Origin: a virus
Taxonomy: Duplodnaviria; Caudoviricetes
Virus record (IMG/VR): IMGVR_UViG_3300011339_000106
Span: 1,489 to 65,488 of that record
Length of the DNA stretch: 64,000 nucleotides
Reading direction: 5' to 3' (one strand)
Part shown: in pieces, positions 1 to 10,509 of the stretch
Layout: the number at the start of each line of letters is the position of its first letter
How positions within the stretch are numbered: the first letter of the stretch is position 1
Notes under the pieces: generated by a model
What the model saw: the letters and a program-made list of their open reading frames with translations, nothing else
Databases searched by the model: none
Told to the model about the DNA's origin: nothing
Position numbers and translations under genes: made by a program

Positions 1-1342
1 AGTCGCCGAGATTGGCCCCTGTTGCTGCACCTGCAAGTGAGGCAATACCTTGCGCTACGTTTCCGCGCTCAATAGCGGATACGGCGTTGACTGCCTGAAC
101 AAGCGGCGCAAGCGGCGTGAATTGCAGGATGGGACCGAGGTCTGCAGCGGCGGTTTTGAGTAGATCCCCAAATCCACCAACCGTTTTGAACTGCCCAGTG
201 CCTAAAAGTTCCCCTGTCGGGCTATAGCGCTGGTACTGTTGTCCAACGGCAGTCTTGGTCGGGTCGTAAAAGTAGTAGCCTTCAAGCGGCCCAGGCGCTT
301 CGCCAGTCTCTGCGCTGGCAGGCATTGACTGCATCGCATCCAACACCCATCCCGGCTTTGTTGCTTGGAGTGTAGCTTTCCAGTCTGTAGGCGCGGCAGG
401 AGCAGCAACAGCAGGGGCCGCAGGCGCAGCAGGGGCCGCAGGCGCAGCAACAGCAGGGGCCGCAGGCGCAGCGACAGGAGCAGCGGCAGGAGCAGCAGGC
501 GGAGCAACATACCCACCAAGTTCACGTATCCGAGCCCAGTCTGCATCTGATACAGCCCCGAAGCGATCTGTGATTTGCTGCTTCAAATCCTCATCAGAAA
601 ACCCAAACCGAGAGTAAGCGCGGTAGTAGTTCCCCGCATCTCCTACTTGGTAACTTGACTGTGTGGCAGAGGTCGGGGCCGCGACGGGGGCGGCAACAGG
701 CGCAGGTGCGTAAGAAGACAGTCCTACAAGGTAGTCCCAATCACTCTGCGTTTGTGTGCCATAAACTTTTTCAGATGCGGCGCGGGCTTGCGCGTCAGTC
801 AGACCAAGCGAACGTAGGCGTTCATACTCGTCTACTTTTTGTTCTACTGTTGTAAGCCCACCAATTGCATCAAAAGGTGATGGTGCAGGAGCAGCAACAG
901 GAGCAGCAACAGGAGCAGCAACAGGAGCAGCAACAGCAGGGGATGCCACTACATCCCCAAGCAGCGGATCGTAATAGACCGCAGGCGCTGAAACATTGTC
1001 AGTGGAGCTAGTGGCAGGAGCCGCAACAGCAGGAGCGGTGCCACCTACGATGTTCAACAGATCTTGTTCAGAAGCCGCATAAGGATCGTAGCTGTCCTCA
1101 AGTGATGCCTCAGTTGCAAGTGTGTTGTACGCGGAGGATGTAATAGGTGACGGTGCAGTCGATGGCATTGGTGCGGGTGCGGGATACGAACCCAAATACC
1201 CATTTGCCAGCATCCAGTCAATGGAGTCCTGGTCTACACCCTGACCAAGCAGCGTATCTACATCAACTTGGTTTTCATTAAACCAGTTGATTTTCTTGGT
1301 AGCACCGTATGTGCCCCAATCTGATGGGAGTGCAAAAGTCAT
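1..1342 (-). CDS. Ala/Pro-rich putative internal virion protein, N-terminal part (runs off the window at position 1)
   Basis: Not in the ORF track. ATG at 1342 overlaps the upstream TAA (TAATG). I read 447 codons with no stop: MTFALPSDWGTYGATKKINWF..., with VAAP and APAPAA linkers. Confidence 0.85.
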   Translation of the reverse strand, partial: MTFALPSDWGTYGATKKINWFNENQVDVDTLLGQGVDQDSIDWMLANGYLGSYPAPAPMPSTAPSPITSSAYNTLATEASLEDSYDPYAASEQDLLNIVGGTAPAVAAPATSSTDNVSAPAVYYDPLLGDVVASPAVAAPVAAPVAAPVAAPAPSPFDAIGGLTTVEQKVDEYERLRSLGLTDAQARAASEKVYGTQTQSDWDYLVGLSSYAPAPVAAPVAAPTSATQSSYQVGDAGNYYRAYSRFGFSDEDLKQQITDRFGAVSDADWARIRELGGYVAPPAAPAAAPVAAPAAPAVAAPAAPAAPAAPAVAAPAAPTDWKATLQATKPGWVLDAMQSMPASAETGEAPGPLEGYYFYDPTKTAVGQQYQRYSPTGELLGTGQFKTVGGFGDLLKTAAADLGPILQFTPLAPLVQAVNAVSAIERGNVAQGIASLAGAATGANLGD

Positions 1343-2721
1343 TACCTGCTCACTTCTTCCCAGTCAACTGAACCAAGCACTTGGTGTGAGGCCCCATCTC
1401 CTGTGCAAGCAAGTGTGATCTCGTATGGAGTGGCCGTAAACGGCTGGCGCTCAAGTTGATTTGCAAACAGCGCTTCCTTCAGAATATCTACGCTGCTGGA
1501 GCCTTGATTAGAGCCCTGGAAGAAGCCCGTTGCCAAGATCCGCCCTCCGGCACTGGAAAAAGCTGTCCCAGTTATGTTGTACTCTACGGCAGAGTTTGTT
1601 CCCGCGCTTACCCATGTGCCGCCTGTTGTAGTGCCTGATGCCACAACTTCCCACTTGTAATTGGCATTGTTGGTGATGCCAAGGATGGAGACTGCGGTCA
1701 TGATAACGATCCCGTCCAACCGAGTTGACTTCAGTCGAATGGACACAACGGGGTAAAAAGTTCCTGCTGTTGTCAAAGTTTTCGGGGCTGTGATCGTCGT
1801 TCCGGCAGACAACTGAGCGCCGCGCAACTCGTAGCCACCTTCGGAAATCACCGTTGAGCACACCTGCTTGAGCGTGCTTGCACTTGCCGTCGCCGCCGTA
1901 TTGGTCATCTCGTAGCGCAAGGGCAGAGACGCCGTGGTGATGTACGTGGTTGTGATCAGGTTGGCGTGGTCAAAATTGTGCGCTGGGACAAACACGCCGT
2001 TGATGATGAACCCCGTCCGCACGGTGCCTAGCCCCAGCCACTCCACATCCATGTAGAGAATCTGCGCCTTTGATGCGTCGAGTGTAAGCCCCGACACCCC
2101 TGTGCCGTCAAGCTTGTCTTGGTTCCAATCGGCCTGGGCAACACGGGTGTTGGTCAATGCGCCTGTTACGCTGCTGCGCTCGACCATGTACAGGCCCGTA
2201 CCGTCACGCTCAAAGTAGATGCCGTTTGCCGCCCCGAAGTAGCCTACACGCTGCCGCAAATTAGCTTTAGCCGTACCAAGCACAAAGGTGTTCATCACCA
2301 ACAAGCTCTTGCCCGGTTGGTATGCAAAAACTTTGATGGTCTCTCGGATAATCTGATCGCCGCTGGCGTTTCCAACGGTCAAGTTAACCAAGCCCTCGTC
2401 TGCGTTGAAGGTAGCCGCTGCAGTGCCGGTGATGCTATTGGCCCAAAGGCCGTTGTCCGCGTAGCGATGAGAAGAGTCAAATAGCGTCAACGGGTTGCTG
2501 ACCCGCAGTCGCCCGAAGGCATCTACGTTGGTTCCGCCGATTGAGATCGGAACAGGGTTTCCGGTAGTTGCCACAATGGCTCCCAGTAACTGGTCAAGCT
2601 GATTGAAGTACAGCCGCAGGATGTTGACAAGGTTCTCAAAGTACGTTCTGTCGTACTCTTGCGTCGGCTTAGGCAGCGCCGGGGCTACAAACCGCTTGAC
2701 GATGGTGGACCAGATAGTCAT
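1342..2721 (-). CDS. Virion/tail-associated protein, beta-rich (possible lectin-like domain)
   Basis: 459 aa, coupled to neighbours by overlaps. The N-terminal APALPxPxxEYD...LRLYFNQLD motif resembles short tail proteins that follow tail tube B genes. Confidence 0.6.
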   Translation of the reverse strand: MTIWSTIVKRFVAPALPKPTQEYDRTYFENLVNILRLYFNQLDQLLGAIVATTGNPVPISIGGTNVDAFGRLRVSNPLTLFDSSHRYADNGLWANSITGTAAATFNADEGLVNLTVGNASGDQIIRETIKVFAYQPGKSLLVMNTFVLGTAKANLRQRVGYFGAANGIYFERDGTGLYMVERSSVTGALTNTRVAQADWNQDKLDGTGVSGLTLDASKAQILYMDVEWLGLGTVRTGFIINGVFVPAHNFDHANLITTTYITTASLPLRYEMTNTAATASASTLKQVCSTVISEGGYELRGAQLSAGTTITAPKTLTTAGTFYPVVSIRLKSTRLDGIVIMTAVSILGITNNANYKWEVVASGTTTGGTWVSAGTNSAVEYNITGTAFSSAGGRILATGFFQGSNQGSSSVDILKEALFANQLERQPFTATPYEITLACTGDGASHQVLGSVDWEEVSR

Positions 2722-4580
2722 CTTGTTCCAGATCTGCCATCAGGCTTGATATCGATTCGCGGACTGCCAAGCTGCCAAGCAACACCTAAGTCCTCAGAAG
2801 CTACCTTGATAGCCATCTGTCTACCACGCACCCGAATGTTGACCTGCCCAGTGAACTGCTCAATCGGCACCGTGGCGATACGCGTAACCGGCCTGTTGTC
2901 TGAGCCACCCAGCGAAGCGGGGCTGTTGTAGCCCGAGCCGGAGTTCTGCAGAGGAAGCAGCGTCAGGATAGCCTGCGGCGAAGCCGCGCTTGACCCACGG
3001 AACGTGATGTCCGGTAGCACCCGCCAGACGAAACCAAAGTTGTGCCCGTCATCAATATCGAACTCAGCCGAGGTGATGTACGCAGAAATCGCCACAGGCG
3101 TGCCGTTGGAGTTGTCATCAACCCCCACTTCTTGATACAGCAAACGGTTGTTATACGCCGAGATTGGGTATGTACTGATGATGCTGGAGTCAATCCAGGC
3201 AGTACGGGTCATGGTGCCGTAGTACCAGATCTTTTCCACAAAGTTGTAAACAACGTACTTGTCAGGCGAAGTGCTATTGGCCGAGCAGTAGAACCACCAT
3301 ATTTCATTGAACTGGCTGACGGTAGCCGCGAAGATCTGTTGCGTCTGTTCAAAGTTGAAGTCGCTAAACACGTACTGCCGCAGATCGCAGGGTAGCGTGT
3401 TTACACGCCCGTCGTAGGTGTAGAACTTCTCCTGCCCCATCCAATACGTCACGCCAGAGGAGGTGACCATAGCGCGGTCACTGACGATGGAGACGTTGTC
3501 GGACAGAAGCTGAGAGCCCCAGACAATCGGAGGCCCAAGGTACTGCAGGGAGTAGAGCGAGGTGTCCGTCCAGACCAGAATTTCCTGTCGGACCTGCGCC
3601 ACGGCTTCGATGGTCGAGCCGTGGGACAAACGCACACTACCCGCTTGGTTGGTCGCTGCCGGGGTCCAGTTGGTGGCGCTCTCCTGATCGCTCCAGCGGA
3701 TCAGCATCGTGTCTTGGATGACCGAGCCGTAGTCGTTGCACCCGAAGGCCAGCACAAAGCGTGAGGTATCAGAGACCAGCAACGCGGTCTGGATGGTCGG
3801 GACATCGGAGGCACCAGACAACGAATCAAGCGCCACACCACGCGCACTCAAACCTGTGGTTGCGTCCCAGTAGTACATCGGACCGTTCTTGGGGCCGAAG
3901 ATCAGGTCTTCACCGAAGTTGTTGTGGTTCCAGATGCGAAGCGGGATGGTGTTGCTACCACCAGTACCCCAGGAGCCAGCGCCCCAAGCACCCGCGCCCC
4001 AGCCGAAGGCAGGTGTTTCAATCGCGCCGCCCACATTGACCTGATATGCGGCAGTGACCGTGCCACCGCCCCCAGGAGGCTGCGTGACCGTGGACGAAGC
4101 GTTGCTGGCTGCAGTGATGGTGTAGTTGTCTGCATCTACAACCGTGACTTGGTACTCACCAGAGATGGTCAGCCCGCCCACAGCAGCGGTGCTGGTGAAC
4201 GTGACGAAGTCGCCCGTAAGGCACCCGTGCGCTACATCTTTGACGCCAACTGTAGGGAGGCCGCTTGTGGTTGAGAACGGATCGGTCAGTGTGGCAGTGC
4301 CGCGCAAGGGCGTGACATCGTTATAGCCACCGCCGTACTGGATGTAGTACTTGAGGTTGGTCCCCATGCCGAGGTAGTTACCGGCACCCAGCGTAGACCA
4401 CGGCCACAGCGAGCGGCACGTACCTTGAAACGTAGCTGACGAAATACGCTCCCACCCGCCAATCTTTTCAGGTGTGCCATAACGGAAGCGAATCTTGTCG
4501 CAGTCATACCAGCCGTTTTCGTTCGTGTAGCGCGTATTTTCCCGGTTCACCCCCGGGCGCATCTGCAGCTTTTTCAGCAC
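2718..4580 (-). CDS. Tail tubular protein B / packaged-DNA stabilisation (nozzle) protein
   Basis: 620 aa beta-rich; N-terminus PGVNRENT..GWYDCDKIRF...PEKIGGW typical of podoviral nozzle proteins; position after lysis genes. Confidence 0.7.
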   Translation of the reverse strand: MLKKLQMRPGVNRENTRYTNENGWYDCDKIRFRYGTPEKIGGWERISSATFQGTCRSLWPWSTLGAGNYLGMGTNLKYYIQYGGGYNDVTPLRGTATLTDPFSTTSGLPTVGVKDVAHGCLTGDFVTFTSTAAVGGLTISGEYQVTVVDADNYTITAASNASSTVTQPPGGGGTVTAAYQVNVGGAIETPAFGWGAGAWGAGSWGTGGSNTIPLRIWNHNNFGEDLIFGPKNGPMYYWDATTGLSARGVALDSLSGASDVPTIQTALLVSDTSRFVLAFGCNDYGSVIQDTMLIRWSDQESATNWTPAATNQAGSVRLSHGSTIEAVAQVRQEILVWTDTSLYSLQYLGPPIVWGSQLLSDNVSIVSDRAMVTSSGVTYWMGQEKFYTYDGRVNTLPCDLRQYVFSDFNFEQTQQIFAATVSQFNEIWWFYCSANSTSPDKYVVYNFVEKIWYYGTMTRTAWIDSSIISTYPISAYNNRLLYQEVGVDDNSNGTPVAISAYITSAEFDIDDGHNFGFVWRVLPDITFRGSSAASPQAILTLLPLQNSGSGYNSPASLGGSDNRPVTRIATVPIEQFTGQVNIRVRGRQMAIKVASEDLGVAWQLGSPRIDIKPDGRSGTR

Positions 4581-5143
4581 AACGACACCTCGTACTTGTT
4601 TGTTTTGCGCTGATTATCTAACCAAGGAATTACCTGCAAATTTTGAGGTACGTGTAGCCCAGACACATTTTTGCCGCGCAGTGGCAGTATGTGGTCAACG
4701 TGATGCTTAACGCCTGTTGCCGCAGTGCGAAGCATGGCTAGAACATACGCCTCAGATATAACCCAGTAATCATCCTCAGTTAGCCACTTTGGTGTTCTGC
4801 GCATCAACGCAATTTTTCTTTTTTGGCACAAGTACGCAAAACGCTCTTTGTTTTGTTCCCGATAACTTTTGCTGTAGCTTGCTACATGCTCTTTATTCTT
4901 TTCTCGCCACTCAAGCATATAAGCAGCCCGTTGCTGCTGTGTCCTGTCCCTATATTCCTTTTTCCAGGCAAGTTCTTTTGCTTTAAGGTCAGAGTTTGAC
5001 CGGTTCTTTATCTTCCTAGCGATATTGTCCGCCTTGTGGCACTCAATACAAAAAGTGTTGACTCCGTCCTTCATGCGCTTGTTTGCATAAAAAAGACTTG
5101 TGTCTTTTTCCTGGCGACATTTACTGCAGATCTTGAGTGGCAT
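4574..5143 (-). CDS. Free-standing HNH homing endonuclease with N-terminal Zn ribbon
   Basis: CSKC...CIEC, and HHVDHILPLRGKNVSGLHVPQNLQVI...N; more AT-rich than flanking genes. Confidence 0.85.
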   Translation of the reverse strand: MPLKICSKCRQEKDTSLFYANKRMKDGVNTFCIECHKADNIARKIKNRSNSDLKAKELAWKKEYRDRTQQQRAAYMLEWREKNKEHVASYSKSYREQNKERFAYLCQKRKIALMRRTPKWLTEDDYWVISEAYVLAMLRTAATGVKHHVDHILPLRGKNVSGLHVPQNLQVIPWLDNQRKTNKYEVSLC

Positions 5144-5145
5144 GA

Positions 5146-5628
5146 TTACCTCAACAGTGCTGCTTCGGCGTCTCTTCGCTTTACCAATCCCGGCAGTACC
5201 TTACCGCCCCCACGCACCCACAACTTCAGTTGTTCCTGAGCACCTTCCCAATCAAGTGCGCGGAGCTTACGCCGCAGAGTAGACGTTTGAAGCCTGCCGG
5301 TACCCAGGTTGTAGGTGAAGTCCGCGATGGCACAGAATTGTCGCCACTGCCCGTTTTGCACACTCCAGACAAAGAGTTCAGGACACAGGCGTGTGACCGC
5401 TGAAGCGCAAACCCGTTGCAGTTCATCCATGAGCCACGCGTCGGCAATATCCCGCGTGATAGGCGGGTCGTCCATCGTGACCTTCTTGCCTGAGGGCTTG
5501 TAAACCGTTCCCCAACCGATGGTAGGGTAGCCTGCTGGGCAGATGTACGGGTAGATCAGGCCGTCTTTACCGACCCGGTGCAGCCCCTCAAACTGCTTAC
5601 ACAGTGCTACCGCTACGTCAAGGTTCAT
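5146..5628 (-). CDS. Endolysin, GH24 phage lysozyme
   Basis: FEG..L..Y.CPAGYPTIGWG catalytic region; DFTYNLG; WVRGGGKVLPGLVKRRDAEAAL C-terminus. Confidence 0.92.
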   Translation of the reverse strand: MNLDVAVALCKQFEGLHRVGKDGLIYPYICPAGYPTIGWGTVYKPSGKKVTMDDPPITRDIADAWLMDELQRVCASAVTRLCPELFVWSVQNGQWRQFCAIADFTYNLGTGRLQTSTLRRKLRALDWEGAQEQLKLWVRGGGKVLPGLVKRRDAEAALLR

Positions 5629-6122
5629 GCCAAGCCCCGTGCCTTCAAAGCCCTGTCAAGGAACCAGAAGTTAATCGTCCCCGCCACCAGTGCGGAGAAG
5701 TCAGCCGACATGGCGGTTTTGAACACTTCCACTGGCGGCATGCCTTGCAGCCAAGCATTCCACGCGAACCAGATGTGAACAAACGACCAGATGAACAAAA
5801 TCCAGTAGGTGACCACCGGGCGAACAGAAGCGCTGAGTGACGCCACCCAGCCGCCTGCGGCCTTGACCATCTCGGTCTGCTGATCAAGTGCGGACTTGAA
5901 CGCGTCCAGTACGCCGACATCCACGGCCATGCCATGCTGAGCGCCAATCTCCTGCAACTTCTGCGCTCCGCGCATCTGCTCCAGTTGGCACTGCTGCTCA
6001 AACATCTTGAGTTCGTGCTGGCGCTCGTTCTTGCGATCCAAGAACTTCAGAAGCTCCGGGGCAAGGCGAAACAGGCCCCCGAAGATGGAGCCCAGCAGGC
6101 CCCCGCCGAGGATGTCGAGCAT
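5625..6122 (-). CDS. Putative holin (multi-TM, GTA holin-like)
   Basis: Hydrophobic N-terminus, WxxxxSASVRPVVTY motif, TM segments and FWF.DR end; overlaps lysozyme start. Confidence 0.65.
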   Translation of the reverse strand: MLDILGGGLLGSIFGGLFRLAPELLKFLDRKNERQHELKMFEQQCQLEQMRGAQKLQEIGAQHGMAVDVGVLDAFKSALDQQTEMVKAAGGWVASLSASVRPVVTYWILFIWSFVHIWFAWNAWLQGMPPVEVFKTAMSADFSALVAGTINFWFLDRALKARGLA

Positions 6123-6131
6123 GGCAGTTCC

Positions 6132-6314
6132 TTAGTCGTTCAAGCCAGCGGTAGCAGGCTCGGCAGCGGGATCAGGGGTGGGGATCTGCGGCACAGCTTG
6201 CGCTTGGATCTCTTGGACGATCTGGAACACTTCGCCATACGGGCGGGTGCCCAGGTACTGCAGCAAACCGTTGATCAGGCCGAGGGTGAGTTCAATTTTG
6301 GTATCAGGAGTCAT
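6132..6314 (-). CDS. Small hypothetical protein (MTPDTKIELTL...), possible tail-fibre assembly helper
   Basis: 60 aa from ATG at 6314 inside track ORF 6132..6401; LxYLGTRPYGEV motif. Confidence 0.6.
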   Translation of the reverse strand: MTPDTKIELTLGLINGLLQYLGTRPYGEVFQIVQEIQAQAVPQIPTPDPAAEPATAGLND

Positions 6315-6570
6315 TTTCTGCCTTTCGAGCAAGCACCTCCAGAGGATTGTTCCGGTAGCCGTGGCGGAGGGTGAACCACAGATACCGGGCGTAGAAACCA
6401 ATCACGCCGTGTTCAGAAATCTGACGGGCGTGTTCAAGCTCATGCCTTCGCAGTCTCTCATCCTGCAGCCGATTCGGCAAGATGTAGATGCCCCACGGGA
6501 GCGTAACTCCCGCGAAGCCTGTGCGACGAAGGGTGAAGGCGATTAAGCCTGAGGCGGGGCGGATGACCAC
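6304..6570 (-). CDS. Small HExxH zincin-like protein (DUF4157-like)
   Basis: RHELEHARQ...G...FY..Y......GYRNNPLEV.A pattern. Confidence 0.6.
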   Translation of the reverse strand: MVIRPASGLIAFTLRRTGFAGVTLPWGIYILPNRLQDERLRRHELEHARQISEHGVIGFYARYLWFTLRHGYRNNPLEVLARKAENDS

Positions 6571-6881
6571 GGCAGCGGCGGAGAAACCACGGGTGGGTTG
6601 ATCTGCGCGTCGATCTGCGTTTGCACAGCAGCTTCAGTCGCGGCCTTGTCCACGCCATCAGCCCAGATCCAGCCCAGCACCATGTCTTGCGTCAGTTGAT
6701 CGTAGGGCACGAAGTCGGCGGGGTCCGGCGCAGGGATAGCGCAGGTGGAGTACACGCTACCGTTGTAGGTGCCGTCAGTACCATTGCACTGCCAATGTAC
6801 CGTGAAGACTACGTCGGTTTCAGTACCGACTTGAGGGTAGCAGTCAAGCCGCGAGACGGTCCAAGTGAATTGTGTGGTCAT
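6543..6881 (-). CDS. Tail-fibre-associated conserved phage protein
   Basis: 112 aa; VVFTVHWQC, FVPYDQLT...VLGW, PPVVSPPLPW; directly downstream of the fibre gene. Confidence 0.7.
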   Translation of the reverse strand: MTTQFTWTVSRLDCYPQVGTETDVVFTVHWQCNGTDGTYNGSVYSTCAIPAPDPADFVPYDQLTQDMVLGWIWADGVDKAATEAAVQTQIDAQINPPVVSPPLPWSSAPPQA

Positions 6882-6892
6882 GGTTTTTCCTT

Positions 6893-9697
6893 TCAGGGTT
6901 GGGATTCAAGCGCCGCCACTCGGGCGCGGAGGGATTGGAGTTCAGCAATGATGTTGGCGATGAACTCAGCAGAGCCGTACTCCATCGCCTGCATGACAGG
7001 CTTGCCGTCCGCGTCTACCGCGTCTTTCTCGCCAACCACGCTGCTGGGGCTGACGGCTTGGGCTTCGTGGGCGATGAAACCTACACCCTTGCTGCCGTCA
7101 ATTTTCCAGTTCCATGTTTTGGGCTGGAGCGCGTCGATGAATGCGCCGGAATTTGTGAGCGGCTGCGGATTGTCTTTAAGGCGGTAGTCGGATGAAGTTG
7201 AGTAAGTTGTTGCCGTTGTTGAAGACGTTATGTCGCCTACGGTAGTGCCGCCGTTAACAAATGCAATATGCGTCTGCACAGCACCAGATGTCCGTCTGGA
7301 AATGACATAGCCGGGGGTTGTCCCACTACACACAAGTCCATTTGCGGTAGAAGAACCAGTGCCGGTAGTAGTCCCCACCAGCAAATCACCCCCGCTGGTG
7401 ATGCGGGCGCGTTCGGTGGAGTTGACCTGAAAGACAAGAGGGTTTGCACCAAGACTGTTGACGTAGCCCGATCCACCATCTCCGTAAATCTGAATGCCAC
7501 TTGACCCAGTAATTGTTTGGATTGTTCCCAGCGCGTGAATTCGTGATGTAGGACTTGTAGTCCCCACCCCCAAATTCCCACTCGCATCCAGCGTCATGGC
7601 CTGGGTGAAGCTGATCGCGTTTCCTGCGGTGCCGGAGGGGGCGGTGAACCAAAAGTGACCACCATTAAATTGCTCGTAGCGCGATGCAATGTTTGTACCT
7701 ATATAGCGCCAGTTTGTGCCGTCATAGCGAGCGTTTATACCGAAGTGCGCATTGTTTACTTGATTGTTAGTGAAACTTGCGCCGTTCTTCAGTTGCAGTG
7801 CGCCTGTGTACGGGGCACCCCAAGCACTCGGCGTAATCCCCAAGCCGAGGTTGCCGGAGGCATCAAGCGTCATCCTCAGAGCATTGCTTGTACCAAAAGC
7901 AATCGGGTACGCCCCGGTGTGCCAGAGCGTTCCTGCGTAACCTGTTCCAGTAACACCGCCAGCAGAGTTGTCGATTCCTGAGTAGAACGTGCCGCCCGTG
8001 TTTGTTGAGCGGTACAAAGCGTTGCTGGTTGCCGTTGACGGGGTGATGTCAACCCACGAAGTTGTACGAATTGAACCGCCGCTGACATCCAGCCGCACAC
8101 CCGGCGAAGGCGTCCCAATCCCGACGTTGCCGCCACTTGCAAGTGTGATTCGGTCTGTGCCGTCTTGATCGATCCGAAGCGAGTTATCTGCGTTGCCTGC
8201 CTTAATGGTGTATGCGACGTTCCCGGCTGAACTCAAGATCAGTCCGGGTGTCCCTCCAGAAGTTGCAATAACCCGAGCGCGTACACCATCTACTCCTGAG
8301 ACATCTAGTTTTTGTCCAGGCGAACTCGTCCCAATCCCCAGCCCCGTGCTGGTGAGGCGCATTTGTTCGGAGCCGCCACTAAGCCACATAAAACTGCGTT
8401 GCGCACTGGTGCTGTTTTGGTCAAACGCATCAAACTGAACGCCGTCAGTTGTCAGCCTAAAACTACCTACTCGGTTGTAGGTTCCGTTCTCAATACGGAA
8501 ATTTGCTGCTGTCGTAGAAGCTGTGTCAGCGGTTAGCGTGGTTCCGTTGTACGCCAGCGCACTCCCCGTAGCAAGGGCAGAACTGCTGCTTGCATAAACA
8601 ACGCCACCGGAGGTGAACGAAGTGAGGCCAGTGCCGCCGTTCGTGGTGGCAAGCGTTCCAGCAAGCGTTACAGCGCCTGAAGTCGCCGTCGAAGGCGTGA
8701 AGCCCGTGGTCCCTGCGCTGAAGGTCGTGACAGCCACACCCGACAAGGTGCTCCACTGCGGAGCCGTGCCAGAAGATGTCAGGATCTGACCATTCGTGCC
8801 AATGCCGAGCTTGCTCAAAGCCGTGGTGCCCGTTGCATAAACCAGATCGCCCACCGCATAAGTAGACTGCCCCGTGCCGCCATTGGCAGCGGGCAAAGTT
8901 CCAGTCACGCCCGTGGTGAGAGGAAGACCCGTAGCGTTGGTCAGCGTAGCGGCTGAAGGCGTACCCAAGTTAGGCGTGGTGAACGCGGGCGAAGTGGCAA
9001 ACACCAAGGCCCCAGTGCCCGTCTCATCCGTAACTGCCGCAGCAAGATTGGCAGAAGACGGCGTAGCCAGGAACGTAGCCACACCCGCACCAAGTCCAGA
9101 AATGCCCGTAGATACAGGCAAGCCCGTGGCATTGGTCAAAACACCAGAGGCAGGCGTACCGAGCGCAGGGGTTACCAACGTGGGGCTGTTTGACAGAACA
9201 ACAGAGCCCGTACCCGTAGACGTAGTCGTGCCCGTGCCACCAGAAGTCACAGCCAGCGCAGTGCCCAGCGTCAGCGAAGCCAGCGAGTTGAACGCCTCGA
9301 CCACATTGGTGCCGTTGCAGTACAGAACCTTGTACTGGCCCGCAGGGACCGCAATACCAGACCCACCAGAGGTCTTCAGCGTCAGGGCAAACCCGCCCGT
9401 CGTGTCGTTGCGAAAGAAGTACAGCTTGCTGACTGCAGGGCAGATGACGTTCTTGGCCTCACCGGGCGCACCACTCGCCACGATGAACATCCGCCGCGCT
9501 TCATCCGCAGCACCATCCGTGTTGCTCAGCGTGTAAGGAACACCTGCACCGCCCCAGGTCGAGATCGTCGTCGTACCTGCAACCGCTGAATCCAGCAGTT
9601 CAGTAATACCGGTGTTTACAACTACCCCCCAAGTTCCCGTCAGTTCACCAGTAGCGGGTAAAGTAAGCCTCAATGAAGGCGTATATGATGAAGGCAT
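6893..9697 (-). CDS. Tail fibre with C-terminal intramolecular chaperone (peptidase S74-like)
   Basis: 934 aa G/T/S-rich; repeated RxTxSGNVGIGTxxP units; SDYRLKDN...LQP...GFIAHEAQ C-terminal autochaperone motif. Confidence 0.88.
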   Translation of the reverse strand: MPSSYTPSLRLTLPATGELTGTWGVVVNTGITELLDSAVAGTTTISTWGGAGVPYTLSNTDGAADEARRMFIVASGAPGEAKNVICPAVSKLYFFRNDTTGGFALTLKTSGGSGIAVPAGQYKVLYCNGTNVVEAFNSLASLTLGTALAVTSGGTGTTTSTGTGSVVLSNSPTLVTPALGTPASGVLTNATGLPVSTGISGLGAGVATFLATPSSANLAAAVTDETGTGALVFATSPAFTTPNLGTPSAATLTNATGLPLTTGVTGTLPAANGGTGQSTYAVGDLVYATGTTALSKLGIGTNGQILTSSGTAPQWSTLSGVAVTTFSAGTTGFTPSTATSGAVTLAGTLATTNGGTGLTSFTSGGVVYASSSSALATGSALAYNGTTLTADTASTTAANFRIENGTYNRVGSFRLTTDGVQFDAFDQNSTSAQRSFMWLSGGSEQMRLTSTGLGIGTSSPGQKLDVSGVDGVRARVIATSGGTPGLILSSAGNVAYTIKAGNADNSLRIDQDGTDRITLASGGNVGIGTPSPGVRLDVSGGSIRTTSWVDITPSTATSNALYRSTNTGGTFYSGIDNSAGGVTGTGYAGTLWHTGAYPIAFGTSNALRMTLDASGNLGLGITPSAWGAPYTGALQLKNGASFTNNQVNNAHFGINARYDGTNWRYIGTNIASRYEQFNGGHFWFTAPSGTAGNAISFTQAMTLDASGNLGVGTTSPTSRIHALGTIQTITGSSGIQIYGDGGSGYVNSLGANPLVFQVNSTERARITSGGDLLVGTTTGTGSSTANGLVCSGTTPGYVISRRTSGAVQTHIAFVNGGTTVGDITSSTTATTYSTSSDYRLKDNPQPLTNSGAFIDALQPKTWNWKIDGSKGVGFIAHEAQAVSPSSVVGEKDAVDADGKPVMQAMEYGSAEFIANIIAELQSLRARVAALESQP

Positions 9698-9698
9698 G

Positions 9699-10502
9699 TT
9701 ACAGATCCTTTGTCAAATAAACGTGAGCTTTGCGCTGTTTTATGAGTAAAACCATTTTTTTACTCACACCGTAATCTTCTGCCGTTGCACGCAGTGACTT
9801 AGGGCAGTGGAAGATCTGCCTCACCGTGTCTTCTGACAGTTTTGCGTTTGCACCGCGCTTGCCTTTTCTTTGGATTGCGGCCAATTCTATAGCCCGCGCA
9901 TGATGCTCGGCCAAAAGCGCTTTGCATTTAGTTCGCTGCGCTTCTGTCCTGCGAGGTTGACGAGTGCCTGGAGAGGCTTTGACAGGCGGGTACTTTGCGT
10001 TTAAGTGCTTCCAGACGTCACCGCGTCTTGCGTCTCTTACGGCGTCCCTTGATCCGTCAAAACCAAATGCGTCTTTTATCACCTTCAACAATTCCGCGTT
10101 AGATTTGTCCCAGTGCGCTGGATCGCGGATAAAGGCTACCATTTTTTCGGTCAACTTTGCGCTAAAGGACTCTTCTCCTCTAGGTCTTGGTGCCTCCCCA
10201 TGATGGATGCCGTGATCAGTTAAGTTGTAGCCGCCGTCATTTACATGCGTCTTGAGATCCTTAATAAACCTCATCTCCGCTTCCCGCATGTCTTCAAATG
10301 AAGTGGCGGTGTACAACAACTCAATCTTAAATTTCTCTACACCATGTTTCTGCATGGCGCGGTACAGCGGTTTATCCTTATTAAAGTTTGCCGCGCACTT
10401 GTGTTCACGCCATCTTTTTTGCAAAGACCCCGTAGTCAAGCCAACATACAACCGATCATTGACTGTATTGCTGATCTTGTACACGAGGTATGAAGAAGGC
10501 AT
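9699..10502 (-). CDS. Free-standing GIY-YIG homing endonuclease
   Basis: [19 protein letters not shown]...RWREH...E...N; C-terminal HTH-type DNA-binding repeats. Confidence 0.9.
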   Translation of the reverse strand: MPSSYLVYKISNTVNDRLYVGLTTGSLQKRWREHKCAANFNKDKPLYRAMQKHGVEKFKIELLYTATSFEDMREAEMRFIKDLKTHVNDGGYNLTDHGIHHGEAPRPRGEESFSAKLTEKMVAFIRDPAHWDKSNAELLKVIKDAFGFDGSRDAVRDARRGDVWKHLNAKYPPVKASPGTRQPRRTEAQRTKCKALLAEHHARAIELAAIQRKGKRGANAKLSEDTVRQIFHCPKSLRATAEDYGVSKKMVLLIKQRKAHVYLTKDL

Positions 10503-10509
10503 GTTTACC

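Noticed and set aside
400-500. Tandem repeats resembling a CRISPR array (also 890-936 and 36817-37055)
   Set aside because: Units are contiguous multiples of 3 with no unique spacers, encode in-frame linkers, and there is no cas operon; the Cas4-like gene is a standard phage exonuclease
202-855. Track ORFs 202..546, 365..550 and 655..855
   Set aside because: Alternative frames of the repeat-rich long minus-strand gene starting at 1342
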